Part shown: positions 43,947 to 53,766 of the stretch, in pieces
How positions within the stretch are numbered: position 1 is the stretch's first letter
Layout of the letters: every line of letters starts with the position of its first letter
From: Candidatus Moraniibacteriota bacterium
GTDB lineage: Bacteria > Patescibacteriota > Minisyncoccia > Moranbacterales > UBA1568
Reading direction: 5' to 3'
Assembly: GCA_037133435.1 (NCBI GenBank)
Contig: JBAXOD010000002.1
Coordinates: 23,545-87,544 of the forward strand
Length of the DNA: 64,000 bases
Made by a program: the position numbers and the translations under genes
Notes under the pieces: model-generated
The model's input: only the letters and a program-made list of their open reading frames with translations
Database searches by the model: none
Told to the model about the DNA's origin: nothing

Positions 43947-45812
43947 TCAGTTCCGAAGATCCACGACGCGACCCGGGTCGTCGTCTTCCGAAGCCACGAA
44001 CCCGTCTTCCGTATCGACGGGACGGATATAGTACGGGCCCGCTTTCGGTGCCTGATTCGGACGCGGGACATCCTGCGGCATCTGCCGATCCGATACGGGG
44101 GTCCGGACGATTTCGGTGTGGTACGGCTCGGTCGCTCGACCCTGCGCGAATGACGTCGCGGACGGCAACGCCACGGGCCGGGTCGTTTCGATGTCGTCAC
44201 GGATGGAATTTCGTTTCGAATAATCGATTTCGCCAGGCAACGAATGACCGGAAGAAAACGACATGCCGCCACTCCTTTCGGACACATGCGGGGAATGCGT
44301 GATCGGTTCCACGACATCATCATGCGCGCGCGTACCGATCGGAGCAGGAGCGGATGTGTCGATATCCTTGGATGCGACATCGCGGATACCGTCATTTTTC
44401 CAAAATGCCACCTTCGACGTATCCGGTTGGAAGGACGGGATCGCACCGGACGCGCGGAGCGGTGCGGGCTGCACCGGAGCGGGACCGATCGGCAGATCGC
44501 GCGGAGGGGCGGCAGTCGGTCGAGGTGCAAGAGCCGGTGCTACCGGTCGTGCGGGTGACACATATGGCCGTGAGACCGGCTCCTGAACAGGTTCCACATA
44601 TCGCGGAGCGGGAGCCTGTGAAGGCGGCGCGACCGGTCGTGCAGGCGGTACATACGGAGCCGGTGCCGGTGCTTGAATGGGTTCGGCAGAGTGTAACGCC
44701 GATGCAAAATGAGGTGCCTCGGTCTGAAATTCTTGATTCGATATATGAACCAATTCTTCTTTGGGTATCACATATTGAGATGCGGAAGCCGGAGCTGACG
44801 AGGGTAGCGAAACCGGTCGTACCGGTGGTACATACGGAGCCGGAGCTTGTGGCACTTGATACTGCGCGGGAGTTGGTTCCACATATCGCGACGCGGGAGC
44901 TGGCGCTGCAGTATGTTGTGCAGGCGTCGGCGGGACCGGTCGTGCCGGAGGCACGTACGGACGCGGTTCCGGTCTTTGTGCGACTGCTGCCGGTCGCGCT
45001 GGAAGCGATGCCGTACCGCGCCCGGACTCTTGGAAGGTCGGGAAGACGATCTCCATGGTTTCTGTATCGACGTCGAGCGCGACATTGTCCTCCACGGACC
45101 GGACAATCAGGTTGATCCTCTCCCGTTCTTCCGAAGAGAGTTTCTTGCCGTTCTCCGAATCGAACAGGAATTTGGCGCGAAGCATCGGATCGTGATATCC
45201 CACGCCGAGATCGTTGCGATACGCGCGGATCCAATTACCCAAACTCGGCCGGACCGTTTCCAACTGACCGTGGATATGGATACGCTCCGTCGAGAGTATC
45301 TGTTCGCTGAGTTTCGGATACTGGCTCACCGCCTGTAAAAGCGGGAGTGATACGGTCGCCCGCAGTGCCGCCTCGGACAGGTCTTCATCCTCGTCCTCAT
45401 CCTTTTCCAGAAGCCACGGTTCGAGTTCGAACACTTTTTTTCGCGCTTCCTCGAGTCCGATGACCGGTGCGGATTTTTTGGTCGCCCATTCGGCCCCGAG
45501 TGCGGCAGCATCGGTGAAGTACTCCGGGAAGCGCGAAAATATCCGCTGATTCACCTCGTATGCGATGCCGTATGCCACGCTCCGCTCGATGCCCGCCTCC
45601 CATCCGACTGTCGCCGGATAATCCGCAAGTGATATCTCGCGCACGAATATTCCCCCAAGCGGCCCGGTCACGGCCGGAATAGCCTCTTCCGGGAGTCCGT
45701 AGAGCATGCAGACCTCCTCGCAGAGGATACGCGGATCGTCCAGCATGAAAAAGTCATGCACAGGCGCCGGCAGCTGCTTCAGTTTTTTGAAAAAATCCTC
45801 CTGCATAATCAC
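43947..45812 (-). CDS. Protein with globular N-domain and Pro-rich repeat C-region (PAPYVPPARPV repeats)
   Basis: 621 aa; at least six YVxPxRPV-type repeats between aa ~290-500. Confidence 0.5.
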   Translation of the reverse strand: MIMQEDFFKKLKQLPAPVHDFFMLDDPRILCEEVCMLYGLPEEAIPAVTGPLGGIFVREISLADYPATVGWEAGIERSVAYGIAYEVNQRIFSRFPEYFTDAAALGAEWATKKSAPVIGLEEARKKVFELEPWLLEKDEDEDEDLSEAALRATVSLPLLQAVSQYPKLSEQILSTERIHIHGQLETVRPSLGNWIRAYRNDLGVGYHDPMLRAKFLFDSENGKKLSSEERERINLIVRSVEDNVALDVDTETMEIVFPTFQESGRGTASLPARPAAVAQRPEPRPYVPPARPVPPTPAQHTAAPAPASRYVEPTPAQYQVPQAPAPYVPPVRPVSLPSSAPASASQYVIPKEELVHISNQEFQTEAPHFASALHSAEPIQAPAPAPYVPPARPVAPPSQAPAPRYVEPVQEPVSRPYVSPARPVAPALAPRPTAAPPRDLPIGPAPVQPAPLRASGAIPSFQPDTSKVAFWKNDGIRDVASKDIDTSAPAPIGTRAHDDVVEPITHSPHVSERSGGMSFSSGHSLPGEIDYSKRNSIRDDIETTRPVALPSATSFAQGRATEPYHTEIVRTPVSDRQMPQDVPRPNQAPKAGPYYIRPVDTEDGFVASEDDDPGRVVDLRN

Positions 45813-45926
45813 ATTTGCGTTCCAATCTTTTCAACCTTTTTAGAAATAATTCGAACCATCTCCCCTTATGGGACCCTGCCCGCCGGAATTTTTTTCTCCG
45901 CCCAAGTTTCCACCTGTATTCCCATC

Positions 45927-48404
45927 TCAATTATTCTCTGGCACTCTATCTACCAAACCGAACCGATGATCTCTTCCCATTGACTTATGTGCCGATTCCG
46001 CTTCTTTTTTTAGGGCGACTGCAGCAAGGTTAGTTTTATCTACTTCAGCAGCCGCGAGCTCTATGATCTTATCAGTCGATTTATTTATTTTCGCTCCATC
46101 CTCAGCTAGTTTCGCAAGATTACTCACAGTTTTACTGGCTCCTCCATTCGCTAAAAGCATCGGCATAATGGCAGCCAAATTGTCCGGATTCTTACTGACT
46201 GCGTCGAGCGTCAAAGCATCGGCTTTCTTGTACACGGAATCTTGTACAGCTATATTGGTTTTGACACTATTATGGAATTCACCTTCTCGAGAGAAGTATG
46301 CCTGGTGTGCCGCAGTACGTTGCTTCTCGAGAATTTTCTTTTCTTGTGGCGAACCAGCGGCATCTATTTTCGCCTTAATATCCGGATCAAATTGCGCAAC
46401 AGCAGTATCAAGATTCTCGGAAATCTTCACCGACTTTTCCCCATCCTTACTCAGTTCGTCGAGGACAGTCTGATTGATCTTATTCGCAGTAAGACCGGCC
46501 GCAAGCACCTCTGAGGTCAATGCGTTCGCAGTCTGACTTTCGAACTTAACCCTGCCACTCTTGAGCACCTTTGTCATTTCTTTGACATCAGTACCGTACG
46601 CCGCCTTTAGGTTCACCTCGGCAACATTCGCCCTCGTCTCCTTCACGACAGCATTGTCCATACCGCCGCGATCCTTGAAGTGATCCTCGACTAACTTCAT
46701 ATCGGCATTCTCCATCTTGCCCTGCAGTTCGGGACGTTTCCGCATCTCATCCAATACCGCCGTCATATGAAGGCCGTCTTTTCTGCTCTTCGCTTCGGCA
46801 TGCTGCTTCTCAAGCTCTGAAATCGACGTATTGGAATTGATAGCCCTTCGTTTCGCCTCTTCCTTTACGAGTTCCTGTTCACGCGTAAGCGCGCCCGTAG
46901 CGGCCATTTTCCTGCCCGCCTCGGTTCTGAATCTTGACTGCGCCGCGTTCCTCTCGGAAACCAAGTTGCGATGCTGGCCGAACCGCGTCCCGACATTGTT
47001 CCTACTGAATCGGTCATCCTTGAGTTTCTTCCTCTCGCTCCGATAGGCATCCACGCGCTTCTTGCCAGCTGTGATACCGGTCACGAATTTCATCGCTCCC
47101 ATCGCATATTTCTTCACCGCATCCGCTCCATAAATACCCATCATGTTTCCGACACTCATCGCCGCCCATATCATGATAACAGGGATGATTGTTATCACCA
47201 TCGAGGTAATAAGGGATGTATTGTCCGCTGATGTCCTGATTCCGGAAGTTATCGTCGTAATTGTCGTAGCAGCCGAACCATTCTTAAAGTTCTTCAGAAA
47301 CGTAACAGCTACAAGGATCATGAGCATTGCGGCTGGACCAAAAAACGCATATTTCATGAAATAGTCCCACCATTGTTTAGAAAATCTCTCCAATCCGGGG
47401 ATGGCGGACGCCGCAAATCCAATCGGCGAAAATATCACCAAAAGCAAAAGGGCCACCAAACGGACCAGAAACAATGCGGCGAGCATCAATAGTGACGCAG
47501 CCAATAGAAAAGTGAACACGATTGCCTGAATAAGAAACCCGGTCGTTTTCCCCTCCCAAAGAGATGATTTTGCCGTCGATGGCAAGAGAAATTTCGAATA
47601 CCCGCTATTCCCCATCAGTTGTTCGAAGATATTAGTAGCACTCTGATTGCTTGGCCCCAAAATACTGTCGATGAAAAAGTACATCGGCACATTCGTCGCG
47701 TCCACGATAAATCGGGACACCGGGAAACTGAAGTTCACTAAGAGAGCCATCAAGACGAGCTGTAAGAGCCATTTTCTATAATTGTATGCCTGAATCTGAA
47801 ATATCGTCCCGAATGCAACGAACAAAAGCGTCAGTATGAAGAACAGGTTGAAAAAATCCCGAACCATTCCCCACATCGTATAGGTGGCCGACATATTGAA
47901 CAGTTCCAGCCATACTTTCGCATCCACCGCCCACGCGAAAATTACCGCGGCGAGACCATAGAGCAGGCTGATAAAGGCAAGGACCGCATATAAAATGATG
48001 TTCAAAGCGCCCAGAAAAATATTTGCTGACAAATTCCCAACCGCTGAAGCAGCCTCTGCCAACGGTTTCACGGAGAGTGTTTCCGCCGCGTTTATAACAG
48101 GATCCGTAGAAAGAGCCGCAGCAAACAAACCAAGCGGCGCAGTATCGTACGTATAGTTCGCGTAATTCTTGCTCTTACAATACGCCCGGCAAGCCTCACC
48201 GCTCGCTGTCGGTGCCGCCGGAGGACTGATTGTTTCTTGAACTGGATGAAGTACCGCGCCACTGCGGCAAAAGCATGATTCTCCGGCTGCATGTGCTGTT
48301 TTTGCAAACGAGAAAAATATCGCGCCGGAAAACACAAAACTCACCAAAAAAATGGCTGAGGATACCGAAAAAGAAATGTTCTTGATTTTTTTCACAACAG
48401 GCAA
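45927..48404 (-). CDS. VirB6/TrbL-like polytopic membrane protein with long charged coiled-coil C-terminal domain
   Basis: Signal peptide, ~7 TM in residues 120-430, then Lys/Glu-rich 350-aa tail; architecture only. Confidence 0.45.
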   Translation of the reverse strand: MPVVKKIKNISFSVSSAIFLVSFVFSGAIFFSFAKTAHAAGESCFCRSGAVLHPVQETISPPAAPTASGEACRAYCKSKNYANYTYDTAPLGLFAAALSTDPVINAAETLSVKPLAEAASAVGNLSANIFLGALNIILYAVLAFISLLYGLAAVIFAWAVDAKVWLELFNMSATYTMWGMVRDFFNLFFILTLLFVAFGTIFQIQAYNYRKWLLQLVLMALLVNFSFPVSRFIVDATNVPMYFFIDSILGPSNQSATNIFEQLMGNSGYSKFLLPSTAKSSLWEGKTTGFLIQAIVFTFLLAASLLMLAALFLVRLVALLLLVIFSPIGFAASAIPGLERFSKQWWDYFMKYAFFGPAAMLMILVAVTFLKNFKNGSAATTITTITSGIRTSADNTSLITSMVITIIPVIMIWAAMSVGNMMGIYGADAVKKYAMGAMKFVTGITAGKKRVDAYRSERKKLKDDRFSRNNVGTRFGQHRNLVSERNAAQSRFRTEAGRKMAATGALTREQELVKEEAKRRAINSNTSISELEKQHAEAKSRKDGLHMTAVLDEMRKRPELQGKMENADMKLVEDHFKDRGGMDNAVVKETRANVAEVNLKAAYGTDVKEMTKVLKSGRVKFESQTANALTSEVLAAGLTANKINQTVLDELSKDGEKSVKISENLDTAVAQFDPDIKAKIDAAGSPQEKKILEKQRTAAHQAYFSREGEFHNSVKTNIAVQDSVYKKADALTLDAVSKNPDNLAAIMPMLLANGGASKTVSNLAKLAEDGAKINKSTDKIIELAAAEVDKTNLAAVALKKEAESAHKSMGRDHRFGLVDRVPENN

Positions 48405-48701
48405 ATCCTGAAGTCGAAATATTTGAAACCGGGCGCAACAATACGCGACATGATTATACTATAATTTTTGGAAAGAGAGAAACAGCAATAAGCAAGAGAA
48501 CATCTCACAAGTACGCCACAAGAGGACTGTCAATATTGAAACAAAAATTGAACCAGACTCTAAATTGTAGATATTGGAAATCTTTCCAACAAAACTAAAA
48601 TTATTGACCATGATAAGCAAAGCAACTTAAAAATAATGCGAATAAACAAAAAAAGAGAGGCCAATTGGTCTCTCTTGGAATTGATACCGTTGTCACAATA
48701 C

Positions 48702-49277
48702 CTATTGAGGCCGCGCATATGCCAAAATAGTATTATCAAAATAGTATTTCCGTTCCCACTCTTCCTCGACCGGACCATAATCCGTCCCATTTTCACTAAA
48801 TCGAGAAGAACTTCCATCACCGTAAAAAACAATTATCTCTGCTTTTAATTCGACTGGTATCACCAACTGCTCAATAGTATTATTTGTGATTCGGGCAACG
48901 TACCCGTATTTCACTTTCTCTACGCTCGCCCCAGTTGCCTTATGAAGTATATCGCCGATACTTGGATCAGGATTGACGTTATCGTCAGAAAGATATGAGA
49001 CAAGTAATGTGTTTCCGAACAGTTTGTGCGACAACTCAATATATTTCACCCCTCCGGTCAATTTGTTGTTCTTCCCTAAATGAAGCCTTTGTCCAGGAGG
49101 CGCACCACCAGATGAAACCAAAGTCTCTCCCCCCTGGCTCATTCCTGCCGAAACGATTGGCTGCGTGCCGTCATTTGCAGCACTGTTTCCATTGTTTTTA
49201 TTACTACTGCAAGCGCAGAGACCGACTATGCCCAAAAAAAAGGCAACTTGTACTAAATATACTAAAGATTTCTTCAT
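48702..49277 (-). CDS. Putative lipoprotein
   Basis: MKKSLVYLVQVAFFLGIVGLCAC signal/lipobox-like, 191 aa. Confidence 0.5.
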   Translation of the reverse strand: MKKSLVYLVQVAFFLGIVGLCACSSNKNNGNSAANDGTQPIVSAGMSQGGETLVSSGGAPPGQRLHLGKNNKLTGGVKYIELSHKLFGNTLLVSYLSDDNVNPDPSIGDILHKATGASVEKVKYGYVARITNNTIEQLVIPVELKAEIIVFYGDGSSSRFSENGTDYGPVEEEWERKYYFDNTILAYARPQ

Positions 49278-49479
49278 TTTACCCTCCTAAAAGGTTGTCG
49301 GGCCGAAAATGAACCCAGTTAAAAGATAACTGCATTATTTTTTTATAGATTTTCTTCCTGCTTCTGTTGTCAAAGGCGGAAGCACCTCCCGCCGGACTTT
49401 TGTCCATTGACCAAGAACAAATTCTCGGCATCAGACACCTCCCTTATACCATGTATTTTCAGACGAGTCAAGAGTCACG

Positions 49480-49860
49480 AAAATAAATTCTCACTTTTCC
49501 CTTATAAAAGCCACAAACGAAACATTTTCCCGATCAAATTTTCGGCCCGTAAGGTCATTTCGCGGGCTCAGGACTGCGCCCAGCACCGTACGGTACTGAG
49601 TCGTACCTCGTACCAGACGGTACGGGGTTGTACTCTAAACCTTTTCGCAGGTTCAGGGTTATACCCTGAACCACATCGTTTACGGCCGATGATGTGATTT
49701 CGACTTGTCAAACTATACCCTGCCGAGGCTAAGTCTTGGCAAACCAGCCTCCGCTCTAGCTTCGGCTTGGCAAGCCAGACTCCGCTCTAGCTTCGGCCTG
49801 GAAGGGAGAAAGAATGTTTCGAAGCAGGGTGCAACCCTGCTCCTGCAATAAAATTACATC
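49480..49860 (+). repeat. Hairpin repeat family copy c plus internal tandem 30-bp repeat (ggcaaaccagcctccgctctagcttcggc x2)
   Basis: tcccttataaaagccacaaa, cgcaggttcagggttataccctgaaccac, gaagcagggtgcaaccctgctcc. Confidence 0.6.
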
Positions 49861-49937
49861 TGATACGCGATAGCGTAGCAAATGTAACTTTTCGAAAATA
49901 TCTCAAATTTGATAATACTGCTACAGGTTGCCAATCC

Positions 49938-50150
49938 ATCCCCGTTCCCCTTTCAAAATTCGAAATTCAAAATTGCCCTGACCTCGTCCCCAACCCGTTA
50001 ACTCGTTAACCCGTGAACCGAATAACATCCCCTCCCGTTCCCCTTTCAAAATTCGAAATTCAAAATTCAAAATTGCTTTGACCTCGTTCCCAACACGTTA
50101 ACTCGTTAACCCGTGAACCGAATAACATCCCCTCCCGTTCCCGTTGTAAG
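49938..50150 (+). repeat. Two and a fraction tandem ~91-100-bp direct repeats containing ttcaaaattcgaaattcaaaattgc and cgttaactcgttaacccgtgaacc
   Basis: Units 49938-50028 and 50029-50128; third copy of the AT-rich core at 51346-51410 on the other side of the recombinase gene. Confidence 0.7.
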
Positions 50151-50193
50151 TTGTTAGGAGTAAGTTGTGAGTGGTAAGTTGTCAGTCTGTCCC

Positions 50194-51177
50194 TCATTTC
50201 TTCCGTTTCTTCGCATGAAATTCCTCATGAATCTCGCGGAGCCGTTCGTTCGTCACATGGGTATACACCTGGGTAGTGGTAATGGAAGAATGGCCCAGCA
50301 TCGCCTGCACGGAACGGATGTCCGCCCCGTTTTGCAACAGATCGGTCGCGAAGGAGTGCCTCAGCGTGTGTGGATGGACATCCTTGACGATGCCGGCCTT
50401 GGCGGCGTATTTCTTCACCAATCGCTGTATACTCCGTTCGGTAAGCCGCATTCCGGCGTGTCCCTGCCGTTCCTTGGGCGCGCGTTTCGACTTGGGGATG
50501 GCGATAAAGAGCGCCTTGTCCATATCGCTTCGCTTTTCCAAATATCGCATAAGCGAATCTCGTGCGTCATCGGAGAGGAACACTACGCGGAGCTTGGATC
50601 CCTTGCCGCGCACGCTGAATTCACCCTTTTTCAGGTTCACCGAATCGCGATCAAGCGAAGTGAGCTCGGAAACGCGCAATCCTGCGGAAAACAGCAGTTC
50701 GAGGATCGCCCGGTCACGCAGAGCGCGAAGCGACCCGCCCGAAGCGGCAGCAAGGAGCCGTTCCACCTCGTCGAGCTCGAGAAACCCTACCTCGCGCGTC
50801 GGCGCCTTGCCGACCGCGATCTTCTCGGCCGGTACGGTATATTCGTCTTCGCGGGCCAGGTACTTGAGAAACGAACGAAGCACCACGATATGATATGTCT
50901 GGGTCGACTTACGGAGCGTTTCGCCACGCTCGTTGGTGACACGATTAAGCGAGAGACGGTATTCCCGGACACGTTCTGCCGTGATATCCGCCGGACTCTT
51001 GATGCCGCTCATTTCGAAAAACTTCCACAACGAACGCGTATAACTCTCAAGCGTCCGCGGAGAACGGTTCAGCTCTATCTCGAGATGTTCGAGAAACCGC
51101 TTCGCGAGCGCTTCGATCCGAGTCTCTGATTTCGGTGTCCCTGCATTCATATCCATTAAGTATACATGAAAAGTCAC
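50194..51177 (-). CDS. Tyrosine site-specific recombinase (XerC/XerD/phage-integrase family)
   Basis: C-terminal HTLRHSFATDLLQNGADIRSVQAMLGHSSITTTQVYTHV with catalytic R..H..R..Y. Confidence 0.85.
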   Translation of the reverse strand: MTFHVYLMDMNAGTPKSETRIEALAKRFLEHLEIELNRSPRTLESYTRSLWKFFEMSGIKSPADITAERVREYRLSLNRVTNERGETLRKSTQTYHIVVLRSFLKYLAREDEYTVPAEKIAVGKAPTREVGFLELDEVERLLAAASGGSLRALRDRAILELLFSAGLRVSELTSLDRDSVNLKKGEFSVRGKGSKLRVVFLSDDARDSLMRYLEKRSDMDKALFIAIPKSKRAPKERQGHAGMRLTERSIQRLVKKYAAKAGIVKDVHPHTLRHSFATDLLQNGADIRSVQAMLGHSSITTTQVYTHVTNERLREIHEEFHAKKRKK

Positions 51178-51545
51178 TTGTAAGGTGCGAGAAGTCGGTT
51201 CCCCATCCCCGCTCCCCGCTCCCTTCCTGCTCCACTGCCTGAGGGGAGCTCCCGTGGTTTTGCACGGGTGAGGGGTGGGAGAAGTTGCCCATCCTTATCC
51301 CCGCTCCTCACTTCTCACTCCTCATTCCTGTCCCCACTCCCCGCTCCCGTTCCCGTCCCCATTTCAAAATTCGAAATTCAAAATTCAAAATTGCTGAGAC
51401 CCTGTTCCTTATTATCTGCTCAGTGTTAACTGAAGTTATCCCTTATTCAAGGGTAAAGCTACCTATTTCACCATCAATTTTCGTTGACATTGCCCCCCTG
51501 CGGAAGCTATACTCGATTCCATATAACACCTTAGGGCGCCGGCGT

Positions 51546-52823
51546 ATGATGCGGACTCCCTTTCGAGCGAAAGGAGCCCATCTACCGCCCCGCCTCGTAG
51601 AAGGGAACGCCCGTATAGCATTCTTCTCCCGCATCCATAAAGGTTGGGCGCGAATCCGCGAATATGTCGCGGCGCGTTATGCGATAACCGAAACGTTCAT
51701 CCATCACGTCCAAAGCGAATGGTTCGCCGTCCTTCGCAACGGATTCGGCAAGAAGATCGCGGAAGTGTTCCGTTCATATGGATCATTTTCCCTCGTCATA
51801 ACGAGCGCCCTTCTGGTCTCGATGACGAATCTCACGCAGGAACAGGGATCCAAGAGCGCGATACTCGGCAGTTTCCGTGTTTCCATGGCACAAGATGCCG
51901 AACAACCGAGGATACGGGTCACCTCGGAACAACCGGCTAAAACGGGACTTTCCCAGGTTCCGCTCGAAAAATCATTTTCCGGCATAGATACGACGGCGCA
52001 GACCGAGGAAACGACATCCGCCGTCTTCCAAAGCGGCGCACTCCTTTCCGCACAGACCGAAAGCTCCATCGCTCGCGATCCGGAAGAGGAAGGCGGCGTC
52101 ACGATCTACACTGTCAAAGAAGGCGACACCATTTCCGGCATCGCGGCGGCCCACAACATCACCGTCAATACCATCCTCTGGGCGAACGACCTCGAGAACG
52201 TGGACGCGATCAAGCCTGGCGACGACATCTTCATCCTGCCGGTCGCCGGACTCTCTCATGTGATCGCAACAGGCGAAACGCTCGATTCCATCGCGGACAA
52301 ATACAAGGCCGACCGCAGCGCCATCATCGCGTTCAACGGGCTTCCCGCCAACGGCGAAATCACCGTCGGGGACACGGTCGTCATCCCGGGAGGTTCCAAG
52401 GAATTACCGAAGCCGCCGGAAGTCGTCGGGCTCCGCCAATACGCATCCTCGACGAGCGCCGGGTCCGTGACGGACATTTCCGGCGGATATCGCAAACTCG
52501 ACGGCAGGGCCGGCGCCGGGCATCGGTTCCCGTTCGGATACTGTACCTGGTACGTCGCGCAGAAACGGTACGTACCGTGGGGCGGCAACGCGGGAGCCTG
52601 GCTCTACAATGCGCGCTCGCAGGGATACCAGACCGGCAAGAGCCCGTCCGCGGGAGCGATCGTCGTGACGACCGACAGCGCCTACTACGGCCATGTGGCG
52701 CTCGTTGAGAGCGTATCCGGCGGGTCGATCACCGTATCGGAAATGAACTTCAACGCGTGGGGCAAGGTGGACCGCCGTGTCATACCCGCGTCGAGCCGTT
52801 CCATCAAGGGATACATCTACTAG
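51546..52823 (+). CDS. LysM-repeat / CHAP-domain peptidoglycan hydrolase
   Basis: Two LysM repeats (YTVKEGDTISGIAAAHNITVNTILWANDL; HVIATGETLDSIADKYKADRSAIIAFNGL), CHAP-like C-terminus with Cys (GYCTWYV) and His (YGHVALVE); start uncertain. Confidence 0.65.
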   Translation: MMRTPFRAKGAHLPPRLVEGNARIAFFSRIHKGWARIREYVAARYAITETFIHHVQSEWFAVLRNGFGKKIAEVFRSYGSFSLVITSALLVSMTNLTQEQGSKSAILGSFRVSMAQDAEQPRIRVTSEQPAKTGLSQVPLEKSFSGIDTTAQTEETTSAVFQSGALLSAQTESSIARDPEEEGGVTIYTVKEGDTISGIAAAHNITVNTILWANDLENVDAIKPGDDIFILPVAGLSHVIATGETLDSIADKYKADRSAIIAFNGLPANGEITVGDTVVIPGGSKELPKPPEVVGLRQYASSTSAGSVTDISGGYRKLDGRAGAGHRFPFGYCTWYVAQKRYVPWGGNAGAWLYNARSQGYQTGKSPSAGAIVVTTDSAYYGHVALVESVSGGSITVSEMNFNAWGKVDRRVIPASSRSIKGYIY

Positions 52824-52824
52824 C

Positions 52825-53715
52825 ATGAAAAAAAGGGTCGCCGTCATCATCGGTCGGTTCCAGGTGCCCACGCTCCACGAGGGGCACCGGCATATCATCG
52901 ATTTCGCCCGCTCACATGCCGACGCGCTCCTGATCCTCATCGGCACGACGGCGGCACTCCCGTCGGCACGCAATCCCCTTCCCTATGCCGTCCGTGAGCA
53001 CATCGTCGCCGAAGCATATCCGGATGCGGTGATCCTGGAAACGAAAGATCATCCGTCCAACCGTATCTGGTCCGAAGACATCGATCACATCGTCGCCGAA
53101 CGCTTCCCCGATCACGAAGCGACGCTCTACGGTTCGCGCGACAGTTTCATCCCCTATTACGAAGGTGCGCTTCCGTGCGTCTTCGTCCCACCCGCGGACG
53201 CCCCCTCGGGCACGGAAATCCGAAACGCGCTCGACCCGCTTCATGATGACCCGATATTCCGATCGGGCATGATTCACGCGCAGACGCTCCGTCCACCGCT
53301 CTCCTACCAGGTCGTCGATATCGCCGTCATACGGAAAGAAGACGCTTCCGTCTTGCTCGGTATGAAACGTTCGGCCGAAGGAAAACGATGTTTCATCGGT
53401 GGATTCGTCGACCCGCAAGATGAGGATCTCGAATCGACGGCCCTGCGGGAACTGCGCGAGGAAGCCGGCCCGGTTCTCTGCGGTGATCTTCGCTATGTCG
53501 GTTCGTTCCGGATTCCCGACCACCGCTATCGCGACGGCGACGACAAGGTCATGACCGCGCTTTTCGTAGCCGAATATCACGGAGGCGAACCCGTCGCAGG
53601 AGACGATCTTGATGAGGTAGAATGGATCAATCTGGTCGATCTCGAGTCAGTCCTCGTCGCAGGCCATCTGCCGCTCGCGAAGCGGCTGCTCTCATATCTG
53701 GAGTCCGAACGATAG
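52825..53715 (+). CDS. nadM: Bifunctional NMN adenylyltransferase / Nudix hydrolase (NadM-Nudix)
   Basis: GRFQVPTLHEGH (HxGH NTase motif) N-domain; Nudix box GGFVDPQDEDLESTALRELREEAG. Confidence 0.75.
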   Translation: MKKRVAVIIGRFQVPTLHEGHRHIIDFARSHADALLILIGTTAALPSARNPLPYAVREHIVAEAYPDAVILETKDHPSNRIWSEDIDHIVAERFPDHEATLYGSRDSFIPYYEGALPCVFVPPADAPSGTEIRNALDPLHDDPIFRSGMIHAQTLRPPLSYQVVDIAVIRKEDASVLLGMKRSAEGKRCFIGGFVDPQDEDLESTALRELREEAGPVLCGDLRYVGSFRIPDHRYRDGDDKVMTALFVAEYHGGEPVAGDDLDEVEWINLVDLESVLVAGHLPLAKRLLSYLESER

Positions 53716-53736
53716 TCTGGCAATACGATATCACCC

Positions 53737-53766
53737 ACAAAAAAACCGCTTCATGCGGTTTTTTTG
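53737..53766 (+). terminator. Rho-independent terminator
   Basis: aaaaaaaccgcttcatgcggtttttttg. Confidence 0.65.

Noticed and set aside
49938-50150. Chromosomal dif site for XerC/XerD
   Set aside because: The AT-rich repeat (ttcaaaattcgaaattcaaaattgc) does not resemble the 28-bp dif consensus with its central 6-bp spacer, and it is present in tandem and on both sides of the recombinase gene.
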